Below, one piece after another: positions 19,340 through 28,954 of a stretch of DNA of 64,000 bases. The stretch comes from Candidatus Latescibacterota bacterium. Lineage in GTDB: Bacteria > Latescibacterota > UBA2968 > UBA8231. The notes beneath the pieces are model-generated. The model saw nothing but the letters and a program-made list of their open reading frames with translations, was not told where the DNA came from and did not search any database. The first letter of the stretch is position 1, and each line of letters opens with the position of its first letter. Where the stretch lies: the NCBI GenBank assembly GCA_965197905.1, contig CBDAOB010000005.1, forward strand, positions 832,001-896,000, in the 5' to 3' direction. Both the position numbers and the translations under genes were made by a program.

Positions 19340-20290
19340 GTGAGCTCTCACAAATTCAAATTGGGCATGTTCCTGACCGAACCGCAGCTGCCGTTCGAAG
19401 AAACCCTGGATCTGGCAGCGGAGCTGGGCATCAAATACCAGTGGTACATGTGCAACGGCGAAGTAAGCGGTAGGCGCGAAGACAAGGCTCTGGTGGATAT
19501 GAGCGAAGCCGAGCTCGACGCGATGCAGGCGAAACTCAAGTCCCGCGGCCAGGAGTTTTTTCTGCTGCTCAACCGACCCCATTTCAAGGGCATCCACCTG
19601 ACCGATTTCGACCTCGACAACATGGAAGAGCACCCCACCTTCAAGCGCGACTTCACCGAGCTCGTGCGCACGATGGAGGTCGCTACCTACCTCGGCGCCC
19701 CTGCCGTCAACGTATTCTCCTTTCTATGGCCTGGAGAGCTGGCCGGGAAACAAACCTGGCCGATGCGCTGGATGACCCGCGGCGGCATCATCTCCGATCT
19801 GGATATGGACAAGCTGGTCAAGGCGTTCTCACTGATCATGGAACAGGGTGAACGCCACAACGTCGATGTGGCCGTATCGATGATGCCCTGGAACTATACC
19901 AACACCACCGGCAACTTCCGACGTGTCGCCGAGCGGGTCGGCTCCCCGCGCATGAAAGTGATGTGGGGACCGGCCGACAACACCAACTGCGGAGAAACCG
20001 ATGCGGCTACGGCGGGATTCCACAATCTGCGCCCCTATATCTACGGCCTGCACATCAAGGATCTGCGCGTCAATGACGGTCTGAGCCTGGATTTCGAGTA
20101 CTGCCCGTTTGGGGAGGGGGACACCGATTACCCAACCGTGTTTCGCAACCTGCGCGACCACGACTGCGATGTCTTCGTCTCTTTAGCAACCCACTTCCAA
20201 CCGCCCGGAGGCACCAACGTCGACGCCATGCGCATCAACGCAGCCAACATCAAGAAGCTGCTCAATCAGATCGAAACAGAAACGGCGTGA
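19340..20290 (+). CDS. Sugar phosphate isomerase/epimerase-like TIM-barrel protein (xylose isomerase-like)
   Basis: LHIKD, PFGEGDTDY, ATH motifs. GTG start at 19340 after GGAG. Confidence 0.75.
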   Translation: MSSHKFKLGMFLTEPQLPFEETLDLAAELGIKYQWYMCNGEVSGRREDKALVDMSEAELDAMQAKLKSRGQEFFLLLNRPHFKGIHLTDFDLDNMEEHPTFKRDFTELVRTMEVATYLGAPAVNVFSFLWPGELAGKQTWPMRWMTRGGIISDLDMDKLVKAFSLIMEQGERHNVDVAVSMMPWNYTNTTGNFRRVAERVGSPRMKVMWGPADNTNCGETDAATAGFHNLRPYIYGLHIKDLRVNDGLSLDFEYCPFGEGDTDYPTVFRNLRDHDCDVFVSLATHFQPPGGTNVDAMRINAANIKKLLNQIETETA

Positions 20291-20309
20291 CGGAGGTAGG
20301 AGCGCGCTG

Positions 20310-21947
20310 ATGGCTGCAGCCAACGGCAATAGGTTGCGTCACATCTTCGTCGAGGATGCAGCACAGTGGTTCCACCATCTTTTCATATCCAAAGATGGAC
20401 CGGAGAATATCCGCGTCGAAGAAGCGAGAAGGCGGGTGCTGGACACCTTCGTCGAGCCTTTGCTGGCGACCGCGGTGGAAGGCGTCACCTACCGAATCTG
20501 CCAAGGCAACCATTTCCTATTCTACGATTCCAAGGTGGCGCCGTGCCTCGGCGACACCGTCGAGCTGTTGGATCGGTATCCTTTCGCTCACCGCAGCAAG
20601 CAAATCTACTCCGCCGAAGGTCCTCGAGGTCTGTGGAACACGGCGGAGAATTTCCGCCGCTTTCGCGAAGCCGGATGGGACCCTCACAAGGCTATCATCG
20701 AGCGTCTCCACGAGGCCGGCAAGAAGGCGTATATAAAGACTCGCATCAACGACACCCACGTAAGCGCCCGCCGGCTGTGGTTCGATTACACCGGCTCCCG
20801 CGCCCGGGGCACGGACGAATTCCTCTCACACCCGGAGTTGATGCTGGGTTACCTCGATCAGCGCGACGTTTCGGGCGGTTTCTGCCTGGCCAGCGATTTT
20901 TGCCTTGAGGAGGTGCGCACCCGCCGTCTCGCCGAGATCGAGGAGATCTGTGAGCGCTATGATCTGGACGGCCTCGAGATCAACTTTTGCCGCAGCTATC
21001 ACCTTTTCAAGCAAAACGAGATAGACAAGGGCCGAGAGCTGCTGACCGATTTCTTTCGGCAGATGCGTCGCATTCTCGATCGGCTGGGCGCGGAACGCGG
21101 TAGACGGCTTCAAGCCATCGTCCGCTTCCACGTATGCTGTGGCACCGAGCGCCATTATCAGGACATGGAGTATGAAGAAGGGGCGGACATCGTCCGCTGG
21201 ATGCGCGAAGAGCTGGTGGACATTGTTGTTCCCACCGTGCCGGTAGCTGCCGCCGAAGGCGCGCGCTACGTGGCGAAATATGTAGAGGCAGCGCAGGGTT
21301 TGCCCTGCTCCGTCTTCGCCGGGACCCGCAATCCGAATCACGACGACCTCGCCTTGCGTCCGGTTACCAAAGAGATCCTGCGGGCGCAAATATGTGCGTA
21401 CGAGCGTGCCGGCGTTGACGGGGTCTACCACTGGTGGCCTCGCATAGATCCGGATCACGCCAATTGGGAGCTACTTAAGGATGTCGGTGATCCCCCCAGG
21501 CTGGCGGCGGCAGACAAACATTATGTGGCTTCCGAGCATCTGCCGCTGGCGCTGGCAGGTACCGGCAACACTGTGCCGTTGTTGGTGGCTGACGATCTTC
21601 AGGATGCGGCGGCCAAGGGGATACTGGGCGAGGCGCGCCTGCGCCTCCGCTTTCTGCATCTGAGACCCGGAGATGAGCTCGATTGGAGGGTCAATGGCGA
21701 GCTCGTTCCGGCGAAGGCCTTCAGAGCACCAGAATATCCATCAGAGCCGTATGTCTCGGGTCGGGTTGATGCGATCCTTGCCGGGCCGACGCTTCCCAAG
21801 CTGGGCGAGAACATGCTGACGATCTCGGTGACGAAAAGAGATGTCGGCGCGGCCGACATGCCCGACGATCGTCGACGCCTCGGCGAGTTGATCCTGAGAA
21901 ATGTCGAGCTGACCGTGCGCTACACCAACCCGGGGCAACGCAATTGA
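20310..21947 (+). CDS. Putative glycoside hydrolase-like (GHL10-like) TIM-barrel protein
   Basis: RINDTH, DF..EEVR, EICERYDLDGLEINFCR, GVDGVY; no signal peptide. Confidence 0.55.
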   Translation: MAAANGNRLRHIFVEDAAQWFHHLFISKDGPENIRVEEARRRVLDTFVEPLLATAVEGVTYRICQGNHFLFYDSKVAPCLGDTVELLDRYPFAHRSKQIYSAEGPRGLWNTAENFRRFREAGWDPHKAIIERLHEAGKKAYIKTRINDTHVSARRLWFDYTGSRARGTDEFLSHPELMLGYLDQRDVSGGFCLASDFCLEEVRTRRLAEIEEICERYDLDGLEINFCRSYHLFKQNEIDKGRELLTDFFRQMRRILDRLGAERGRRLQAIVRFHVCCGTERHYQDMEYEEGADIVRWMREELVDIVVPTVPVAAAEGARYVAKYVEAAQGLPCSVFAGTRNPNHDDLALRPVTKEILRAQICAYERAGVDGVYHWWPRIDPDHANWELLKDVGDPPRLAAADKHYVASEHLPLALAGTGNTVPLLVADDLQDAAAKGILGEARLRLRFLHLRPGDELDWRVNGELVPAKAFRAPEYPSEPYVSGRVDAILAGPTLPKLGENMLTISVTKRDVGAADMPDDRRRLGELILRNVELTVRYTNPGQRN

Positions 21948-23671
21948 TCGTGGACGGAACAGACTATCGCATATTTGTTGCCGACAGCGGGGAGCAATGG
22001 CACGGACCGGCCTATCTGACCACCGACTGTCCGGCGGAAATGCGGGTCGAAAGGGCGCGCGAGCGGATCTTGAACGACTTCGTGTATCCCTTTGTCAACT
22101 CGGGTACGGATGCCTTGATATTCCGCGTCGATGCGGGCAATCAGTTTCTGTGTTACGACACCCGGGTGGGTGAGCCGGTTACGGTGATTCAAAGCCGCCT
22201 GGAGAACGATTACGGGCTGATACCTCGCAACGCGGGCGGTCCCGAGTACGTCTCCTTCCCGCACGCGCTGGGCTGGTGGCGGCTGGCTGAAAATTTCAGA
22301 CTTTTCCAGCAGCACGGATTCGATCCTTGGAAGACGATCATTGAGGCAGCCCATCGCCATGGCATCGAAGTGTTTCTGGAGCTGCAGATCAATCGGGCGG
22401 ATGCGGCGATCCACTACCTCGATGGCTCGCACGTTCCAATCAGTCGTTTCGCCCTCGAGAACAGCGAGTATCTGCTCGGTTACGATTGCCATCGCACCGA
22501 TCTCAGCGGGACGGAGTCAGAGGCGTACCGAGCGATGTACCAGAGTCCCGCCCCCGATGGCGATACTCACTCCAAGCCCGAAACCGCCTTCTGCCCACGT
22601 CTGGATTTCGGGCGCGGGGAGGTCCGTGAGTTGCGTCTGGAGACCATAGAGGAGGTCTGCCGGCGTTACGAAATCGATGGCCTCGAGCTCAACTTCTGCT
22701 TCGATCCCCATTTCTTCAGGAAGGACCAGGTTGGCGGCGCCCAGATCATGTCGGAGTTCATGTCGGCAACGAAAGCCGTCATGGACAGAATTGGTACCGA
22801 GCGCGGTCGGTCCATTCGGCTACTGGCCCGGTTCTTCGCCCACAAGGGTCTCGAGTTCTTACGCCGGCAAGTTGGCCTCGATGTCTCCTCCTGGATCGCC
22901 GAAAAATCGGTGGATATTCTGGCGCCGGTTGGATCCACTACCGCGACGGAGCACGTCAGTGGCGTGGCTGATTGTGTGACTGCGGCGCGCGGCACGGACT
23001 GTCAAGTATTGGGCTGTCTCAGCGAAATCATGAGCGACCAGTTTACCCAGATACGTCCGAGCGCAGAGATGCTGCAGGCCGCCAATTCCCTGTATCGCAA
23101 CGCTGGCGTCGACGGTCTGCACGTGTGGTGGCCCCGTCACCAGAGCGTTTCGAGCGACTTCCAGCAGCCCGAAGACTACAGTCTGCTGCGAGACCTCAAG
23201 TCCAGGTCCACCTGTGCGACGTTCGACAAACATTATTTGTTGTTCGACCAGCTGCCGCACCGGTTGGATGAAGGAAGCCAGTACGCCGTCAAGTTGGAGG
23301 TGGGGGACGATCTGGAGGCGGCCTATGCGCGCGGAGCTATTGAGAAGATGATTCTCGTTATCGGCCTCAGACACTTCACCGCAGACGATGACGTAGTCTT
23401 CAGTTGCAACGGCAAGACCATCCCTCCGAAAGATTTCATCGAACCGGATTTCCCCCTGATCTGGTACTGCGTCGGTCGTCTTGAGATATCGCTGCAGGAA
23501 GACAACCTGAAACAGGGAACGAACGAAATCGGCTTGCGAGTGAACCGCCACGTGCCCGACGCCGAAGGCATGACCCTCGATGCTGACGATCCGCGGCGTC
23601 CAGACCAGCTGATTTTTACGAACCTGGAGCTGATCATCAAAAACCGGGAAGTGAACGCTCCAGGAGGGTGA
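21944..23671 (+). CDS. Putative glycoside hydrolase-like protein, paralog of 20310..21947
   Basis: LDFGRGEVR, EVCRRYEIDGLELNFC, GVDGLHVWWPR, DKHY. TTG start overlaps the upstream stop. Confidence 0.55.
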   Translation: MIVDGTDYRIFVADSGEQWHGPAYLTTDCPAEMRVERARERILNDFVYPFVNSGTDALIFRVDAGNQFLCYDTRVGEPVTVIQSRLENDYGLIPRNAGGPEYVSFPHALGWWRLAENFRLFQQHGFDPWKTIIEAAHRHGIEVFLELQINRADAAIHYLDGSHVPISRFALENSEYLLGYDCHRTDLSGTESEAYRAMYQSPAPDGDTHSKPETAFCPRLDFGRGEVRELRLETIEEVCRRYEIDGLELNFCFDPHFFRKDQVGGAQIMSEFMSATKAVMDRIGTERGRSIRLLARFFAHKGLEFLRRQVGLDVSSWIAEKSVDILAPVGSTTATEHVSGVADCVTAARGTDCQVLGCLSEIMSDQFTQIRPSAEMLQAANSLYRNAGVDGLHVWWPRHQSVSSDFQQPEDYSLLRDLKSRSTCATFDKHYLLFDQLPHRLDEGSQYAVKLEVGDDLEAAYARGAIEKMILVIGLRHFTADDDVVFSCNGKTIPPKDFIEPDFPLIWYCVGRLEISLQEDNLKQGTNEIGLRVNRHVPDAEGMTLDADDPRRPDQLIFTNLELIIKNREVNAPGG

Positions 23672-23675
23672 GGCG

Positions 23676-25109
23676 ATGGGAGACAACGGTAGATTCCGCA
23701 TTCCACGGGGCCAGCGACAGTTGTTTATCGACGACCACGGTGTCGCCCAGATGGAGGGGGTGACCCGCGTCCTGCATCAGCCTTCGAAGAAGGGAGCGGT
23801 CATCCGACCCGATTTCTCCAAGGGCGAAAGAGGTGTGCAGACCCGGAGTGCGCCCTACTGGGATTCGCAAGCGGAGCGGTTTCGGCTGCTTGCCGATTCA
23901 GTCTGGTATGAAAGTGTTGACGGTCTGCACTGGGGCCGCAGCGAGAAGCAGTTCGAGAGTGGCGACGATACCCCCGCATACTGTGTCTTGTACGACGAGA
24001 AGGATCCCGATTCCAAACGGCTTTACAAAGGTTTCACCATGCACACCATCGACCCGGCGACGGGAAGGGTCGTGCGCGACGACTCCGAGATGGTCGACCC
24101 CGAGGGCAGGCCGTGGCCGGGCAAGAAATTCCAAATGCTCCTCGATTTCGTCGTATCGCCGAATGGCCAGGATTGGCGGCGTCTGGACTGCTCCCTGCCC
24201 AGCTCGGACGAACAGAACCTCAGCTATGATTCGCTCGGCGGCCAGTATATCGTCTCCTTGAAGCGCGGCGGCACCTATGGTCGCTCCCATGCCATCACCA
24301 CCAGTCCGGACTTCGAGAGTTGGACCGAACCGGTGCTGGCGATCCAGACAGACGATCTTGATCAAGAGCTGGGCAGGTTGCACATCGAGGAGCTGCTGCA
24401 GACGGCCAACGCCGACTACCTCCGCCCCTTTCCCAACACCGCGGCATGGCATTGGCAGAACGTGGACATCTACAACGCCGGGGTCTTCTGCTACGAGGGC
24501 ATTTTTCTCGCGTTGCCGGCGATCTATCACGCCCGCGGCGAGCGCTGGACGAGCCACACCTTGCGCTTCACCCTGATTCAGCTGTGGCACAGCCGCGATC
24601 TCTACACGTGGGAACGCGCCGCCCACCGGCAGACCTTCCTTCCCTGGTCACCGCTGGGCAGCGGCGCCTACGACCTTACCAAGAACATGCCCCCATCCTA
24701 CCCGTTGGTGTGGGGAGATGAGCTGTGGTTCTATTACACCGGCGGCAAGGAGTACTCTGACCACCAGAATCCGGCCTCCGATCATTTCGCCGTATGCCTG
24801 GCGGTCCTCCGCCGCGATGGTTTCATCTCACTGGATGCCGGCGGGGACCAGGGATCGATAACCACGGAGCCGTTTGTTTTGCCCGAGGGTGCGCTGTGGG
24901 TCAATGCAGACGCGCGGCGGGGGCAGGTCGTTGTCGAGCTTCTGGACAGCGAGGGCAACGTGACCGCGGTGTCGGCAGATTTGGAAGGGGATCATCGCCG
25001 CGTACAGGTGCAGTGGGACGAGGGGAATCTCTCCGCCGCCGCGGGTTCACCGGTTCAGCTCCGCTTCACGCTGCGGAGCGCATCTCTGTATTCCTACTGG
25101 ATTGAATAG
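23676..25109 (+). CDS. Putative five-bladed beta-propeller glycosidase-like protein (GH32/43/130-like)
   Basis: RQLFIDD, YESVDGLHW, SPDFESW, SRDLYTW, GDELWFYYTG, LRRDGFISL, C-terminal LYSYWIE. Confidence 0.6.
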   Translation: MGDNGRFRIPRGQRQLFIDDHGVAQMEGVTRVLHQPSKKGAVIRPDFSKGERGVQTRSAPYWDSQAERFRLLADSVWYESVDGLHWGRSEKQFESGDDTPAYCVLYDEKDPDSKRLYKGFTMHTIDPATGRVVRDDSEMVDPEGRPWPGKKFQMLLDFVVSPNGQDWRRLDCSLPSSDEQNLSYDSLGGQYIVSLKRGGTYGRSHAITTSPDFESWTEPVLAIQTDDLDQELGRLHIEELLQTANADYLRPFPNTAAWHWQNVDIYNAGVFCYEGIFLALPAIYHARGERWTSHTLRFTLIQLWHSRDLYTWERAAHRQTFLPWSPLGSGAYDLTKNMPPSYPLVWGDELWFYYTGGKEYSDHQNPASDHFAVCLAVLRRDGFISLDAGGDQGSITTEPFVLPEGALWVNADARRGQVVVELLDSEGNVTAVSADLEGDHRRVQVQWDEGNLSAAAGSPVQLRFTLRSASLYSYWIE

Positions 25110-25143
25110 AGCTAGTCCAGCCGAAAGGTGGTCCGGCCATAAA
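25083..25143 (+). repeat. Copy 1 of a degenerate direct repeat (copy 2 at 41529..41590)
   Basis: Manual alignment gives 52 of 62 columns identical; core gaatagagcta[g/a]tccagccgaaaggtggtcc is 30/31. Confidence 0.85.
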
Positions 25144-25310
25144 GTGTGCTAGCTCAGGCTCCTCATGGATCTGCAGTCTGACATCTCCCATCGCCAATCC
25201 TTCCTCGGTAGGGCCCCATACCGCCAGAGGTGGTGGAACAGGCCAGTGTCCGAGGTCAGCGATCGCCGACTTGGTGCTGGTAGTGCCGAAATCTATCCAG
25301 ATAGGGCGTC
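25112..25310 (-). pseudogene. Decayed 3' remnant of a sialidase/BNR gene homologous to 41558..42910
   Basis: Patchy nucleotide match to 41558..41716 (agctc[a/g]ggctc; cc[g/a]ccag..ggtg..aacag; ccga[a/g]atc..ggcgtc) with indels. Confidence 0.7.
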
Positions 25311-25399
25311 ATCTGTTCAGCTCATGTTGTCCGCGTCAAGGGGATCATCTAATTTTTCGGCAAGTCGTCAAGCCAGGAAGGACCGGAGGCATTCGCGCT

Positions 25400-26335
25400 A
25401 TGCAGCTGTCAGCGTCGCAGATCGAGCACTTCGAAGAAGAGGGATACCTGGTCGTGGAGGGCGCCCTCCACGATTCCGACCTGGATCCAGTCATTCGCGA
25501 ATACGAGGAGTTGATCGGGATTGTGGCGGAGCGCTGGCTGGATGAGGGGAAGATCCGTTCGTTGCACACCGCTGCACCGTTCGAGACGCGCCTGATTAGA
25601 ATCTGCGACGAGAATCCGGAGCTCGTGGCCCAAATCAACGATCTATTCGATCTGTACCGTGCCCGGGGCCGGCGCACCTTCGAGTTTCTGCGCAACGACA
25701 ACCTTCTGGATCTCGTGGAGGATTTGGTGGGCCCGGAAATCATCTGCAGTCCCATTCAACACATGCGGCCAAAACTGCCAAGCCGGCTGGTCGCCGACTA
25801 CCACTCGAGTGCTTCCCACGTGGCAGCCTGGCACCAGGACGCCGGCGTAGCCAAGGAAGATGCCGATCCACACTTCATCCTCACGGTCTGGATCTCAATG
25901 ACCAAAGTGACCCGCGAAAACGGTTGTCTGCAGGTCATTCCTCGAACGCAGGAGGGCGGGTTGTTAAATCACGAGACCGTTCCCGAGTTCGGAACCCGAA
26001 TTCGGGCCGAGGAATTGCCGGAGATAGAGCCGGTTGATCTGCCCATGGAGAAGGGGAGTCTGGTCCTGATTCACAAAAATATACCCCACCGCTCAACCCC
26101 CAATCTTTCGGACGGAATCCGCTGGAGCATGGACCTGCGCTATCAGAAGACCGGCACCTCCACCGGCAGGACCATCTACCCCGACTTCGTTGTGCGCAGC
26201 CGGTCCAATCCCGCCTCGGTGTTAACCGACCATTCGGCGTGGTCGAGGATGTGGGTGGAAGCCCTTGAGGCCGAGACGTCGCTCGGGGCCGATAGGCACC
26301 ATCGCTGGGAAACGGCGACCGCGGAGCAAGGTTAG
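25400..26335 (+). CDS. PhyH-family dioxygenase
   Basis: QIEHFEEEGYL, WHQD, ENGCLQVIP, PHRS, IRWSMDLRY. ATG 25400 after GGAGG. Confidence 0.88.
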   Translation: MQLSASQIEHFEEEGYLVVEGALHDSDLDPVIREYEELIGIVAERWLDEGKIRSLHTAAPFETRLIRICDENPELVAQINDLFDLYRARGRRTFEFLRNDNLLDLVEDLVGPEIICSPIQHMRPKLPSRLVADYHSSASHVAAWHQDAGVAKEDADPHFILTVWISMTKVTRENGCLQVIPRTQEGGLLNHETVPEFGTRIRAEELPEIEPVDLPMEKGSLVLIHKNIPHRSTPNLSDGIRWSMDLRYQKTGTSTGRTIYPDFVVRSRSNPASVLTDHSAWSRMWVEALEAETSLGADRHHRWETATAEQG

Positions 26336-26622
26336 TGCCTCCAGAACGACCGTCGAATGTGGCGGGGGATCTATCGAGCGGAACACAGCCCGGGGTCAAT
26401 ATCCCCCCTCTTCAACCACGACTTTTCGCTTCCGCCAATTAGGCGGAACATCGTCGGAATATCCCGGATCCGAAGCCAGTCCAGTATTTCGATCCAAAAA
26501 CAGGGGAAAATCCTCCTTTGGCGGCTTGGAGCGAATATAGCCGTGAGCGTAGCTGCGCATGATAATGCGGGTTCAATGCGTCAGAGCGTCTTGGAGAATC
26601 GACGAGGCGCACGATCGCGAAC

Positions 26623-27465
26623 CTAGACGTCGTCGAGAATCCCCACCGGCGGCTCGTAGTTCTGGCCCTCGAGCGGGGGCAGGGGCCATCCCGGTCCCGA
26701 GGGACGCTGGAAGCGGTCGCTCTTACCGCACAGCCACAGGAACATTTGGGCGCCGTCCTGGTGGGCGCGGTATTGCTCACCGAAGCGCGGCTCGAGACGC
26801 CCGAACTCGACGCCGCCGATGTCCAGATCCGGCTCGCGAACCCAGTCGCGCGTGGGCGCCGCCGTCCGGCTCATGGAGCCGGTCAGCATGTAGCGGATGC
26901 CGGGCGCCCGGCACTTGGCGCGGCGGTGCCAGATGGAGTAGTGCGTCAGGTAGATGGACCCGGCTGGACCGATCGCCTTGTAGGTGCCGCGGAACGAGTC
27001 GTAGTGCGCCATGAAGCGGACCTGGTTGAAGGCGAGGTGGGAGCCGGAGACGAAGATCGTGGGTCCCGTGTCTTCGGTCGCTTCGCTGGGGATATAGTAC
27101 CACTTCAGCGTGCGTACCTTAGGACCCCACTTGGAGCAGCCGTCGATGTGCCACTGCCCGGCGGGCCCAGGCCCCTCGCCGCGGAACCAGGCCAGCCACT
27201 CGGGCTCCCGGTAGTTGGGGCCCAGTAGCGAGCGCATGGCACCCGTAGCCTCGGGATTGCGTATCACCTGCTCGAAGAACCATTCTTCCTCGAGCAACCT
27301 ACTGATCTGAAACCTGCCGGTTTTGGCGTGGTATTCGTCCATGAACTCGCGCGCCTGCTTGTTGACGTCATCCGGGACGACCCCCGGGAGCATGAGATGA
27401 CCGTTGCGGCAGAATTCGATGACCTGGGAATCGGTGAGTGTCGGTTTGCTGTCGTGGGTTCTCAT
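26623..27465 (-). CDS. PhyH-family dioxygenase
   Basis: LTDSQVIEFCRNGHL, WHID, GPTIFVSGSH, AGSIYLTHYSIWH. Confidence 0.8.
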   Translation of the reverse strand: MRTHDSKPTLTDSQVIEFCRNGHLMLPGVVPDDVNKQAREFMDEYHAKTGRFQISRLLEEEWFFEQVIRNPEATGAMRSLLGPNYREPEWLAWFRGEGPGPAGQWHIDGCSKWGPKVRTLKWYYIPSEATEDTGPTIFVSGSHLAFNQVRFMAHYDSFRGTYKAIGPAGSIYLTHYSIWHRRAKCRAPGIRYMLTGSMSRTAAPTRDWVREPDLDIGGVEFGRLEPRFGEQYRAHQDGAQMFLWLCGKSDRFQRPSGPGWPLPPLEGQNYEPPVGILDDV

Positions 27466-27848
27466 CGGTAGCGGATCCTTTCCAGAATGAATTCATTGCC
27501 GACCCCATGGGTGATGGAATCGTCCATCATCAGCGCCATGTTGGGGAAGCTGACGATCCGCCAGCCGTCGTTCATCGCCTCGAGGACTGATTGGTAGGGC
27601 CAGTCATCGGGGTCTTCCGGCACTTCCTGCACCTCGCCGTCGCTGATCATGGAGATGCCGTTGACGATCGATGTTACCGAGGAAAACACGGTCTGCATGT
27701 AGAGGACGTCCTGGCACAGCTTGCCGCTTGCCGCTGAGCTCGACGCCACCGCGGCTTTTAGCGATCTCAGACGTTCTGCCGTCAGATCGCCGCGCTCGAG
27801 GAGATCGATGCACTCGTCGATCTGTCTGTCGATCTCTGGAACTGCCAT
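27462..27848 (-). CDS. Hypothetical protein coupled to the downstream PhyH gene
   Basis: ATG 27848 after GGAG; ATGA overlap with the PhyH start; C-terminal WPYQSVLEAMNDGWRIVSFP. Confidence 0.7.
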   Translation of the reverse strand: MAVPEIDRQIDECIDLLERGDLTAERLRSLKAAVASSSAASGKLCQDVLYMQTVFSSVTSIVNGISMISDGEVQEVPEDPDDWPYQSVLEAMNDGWRIVSFPNMALMMDDSITHGVGNEFILERIRYR

Positions 27849-27965
27849 CGCAATGCGCTCCACTGTTTGATTGGTTTTGGCCGGTCGTGATCGACGAATC
27901 CCGTGAACTGACCAACGAGGGTCAAGAAGAAGGCGCCAACCGCTCTTGCTCTCTGTGCGGCAAAT

Positions 27966-28736
27966 CTATGCTTGCCCACCGCACCTGTCGACGACGATTT
28001 CAACCCCGGGCTTCGCGAGGAAATCGGCGGCTCCCTCTGTCAGCCACGGCGCGACCGGCGTGAGCAGCAGGCGGACACCCTGCGACACGAGGTCTGCAGC
28101 GGTGTGGTTGAAGGCCAGCGAACCCGCCGTTCGTCCCGCATCGACGATGGTCCGCAGCGCCCTGTCCTTGACGGTCACAGCTTCGGGGTGATTCATCTCT
28201 CCGGTGTATCCCATCGAGCTCGCCAGGTCGTTAGGCGCCACCATGAACGCGTCGATGTGATCGACGGTGAGTATTTCCTCCAGGTTTTCCACCGCGACGA
28301 TGTCCTCGATCAGGACGATGAGCAGAGTTTCGTCGTTGGCCACCTTGGGGTAGTCGGCCACGCCGAAGCCCTGCCGGCCGGTGAACATCCCGCGTTTGCC
28401 GATGGGCCCGAACTTACCTCCCTCTACCACGTTGACGGCCTCTTCTTTGGTGTTGACATGGGGCACCACGATGCCCTGCGCACCGCGGTCGAGGGTCCGG
28501 TAGATCAGGTTCTGGTCGTTGCGGTTGACGCGCACGACCGAGCTGATGCCCCAGATGTCGCAGGCCCGGGTCAGATTGCCCAGGTCGGCCGGACCGTGCT
28601 CCCCCTCGATCCATATCCCGTCGAAGTCGTTGGGCCCGAAGGCTTCGATATCGTCGGCCGAGCTGATGCCGCTGACCGCGCAGGCGACTTCGCCGGCTGC
28701 CAGTTTACGTTTGACTCGATTCGGTCTGATCTGCAC
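27966..28736 (-). CDS. HpcH/HpaI aldolase family protein
   Basis: WIEGEHG, LDRGAQGIVVPHV, PIGKRG, LIED, APNDL. GTG 28736 after GGAGG. Confidence 0.88.
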   Translation of the reverse strand: MQIRPNRVKRKLAAGEVACAVSGISSADDIEAFGPNDFDGIWIEGEHGPADLGNLTRACDIWGISSVVRVNRNDQNLIYRTLDRGAQGIVVPHVNTKEEAVNVVEGGKFGPIGKRGMFTGRQGFGVADYPKVANDETLLIVLIEDIVAVENLEEILTVDHIDAFMVAPNDLASSMGYTGEMNHPEAVTVKDRALRTIVDAGRTAGSLAFNHTAADLVSQGVRLLLTPVAPWLTEGAADFLAKPGVEIVVDRCGGQA

Positions 28737-28954
28737 CTGTGTCCTCCCTTTGCCGGTTGATTGGTCAAAGAACCTAGGCAGCCACCGGTGGTTCGCCAGG
28801 GGGCGCGATGACAAAACGGGATTCCGGGACCTCAGTCAAGTCATAGCACGGTGGGAGCGCGAGAGTACCAGCGGACGCCGAAACGCACTCCAAGTGAAGC
28901 TGTTGACCTCGCCATGTCCACCGCCGTCTTTTGAATACCCACAGGAGGATGACG

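Noticed and set aside
19100..19340. N-terminal extensions in the ORF track (e.g. 19100, 19281, 25271, 31617, 57883)
   Set aside because: They overlap neighbours or read as non-protein. Downstream starts with an RBS or matching paralog N-termini were used instead.
26336..26622. Short ORFs between two convergent PhyH genes
   Set aside because: No RBS or recognisable motif in any frame; cannot be told apart from non-coding or decayed DNA.
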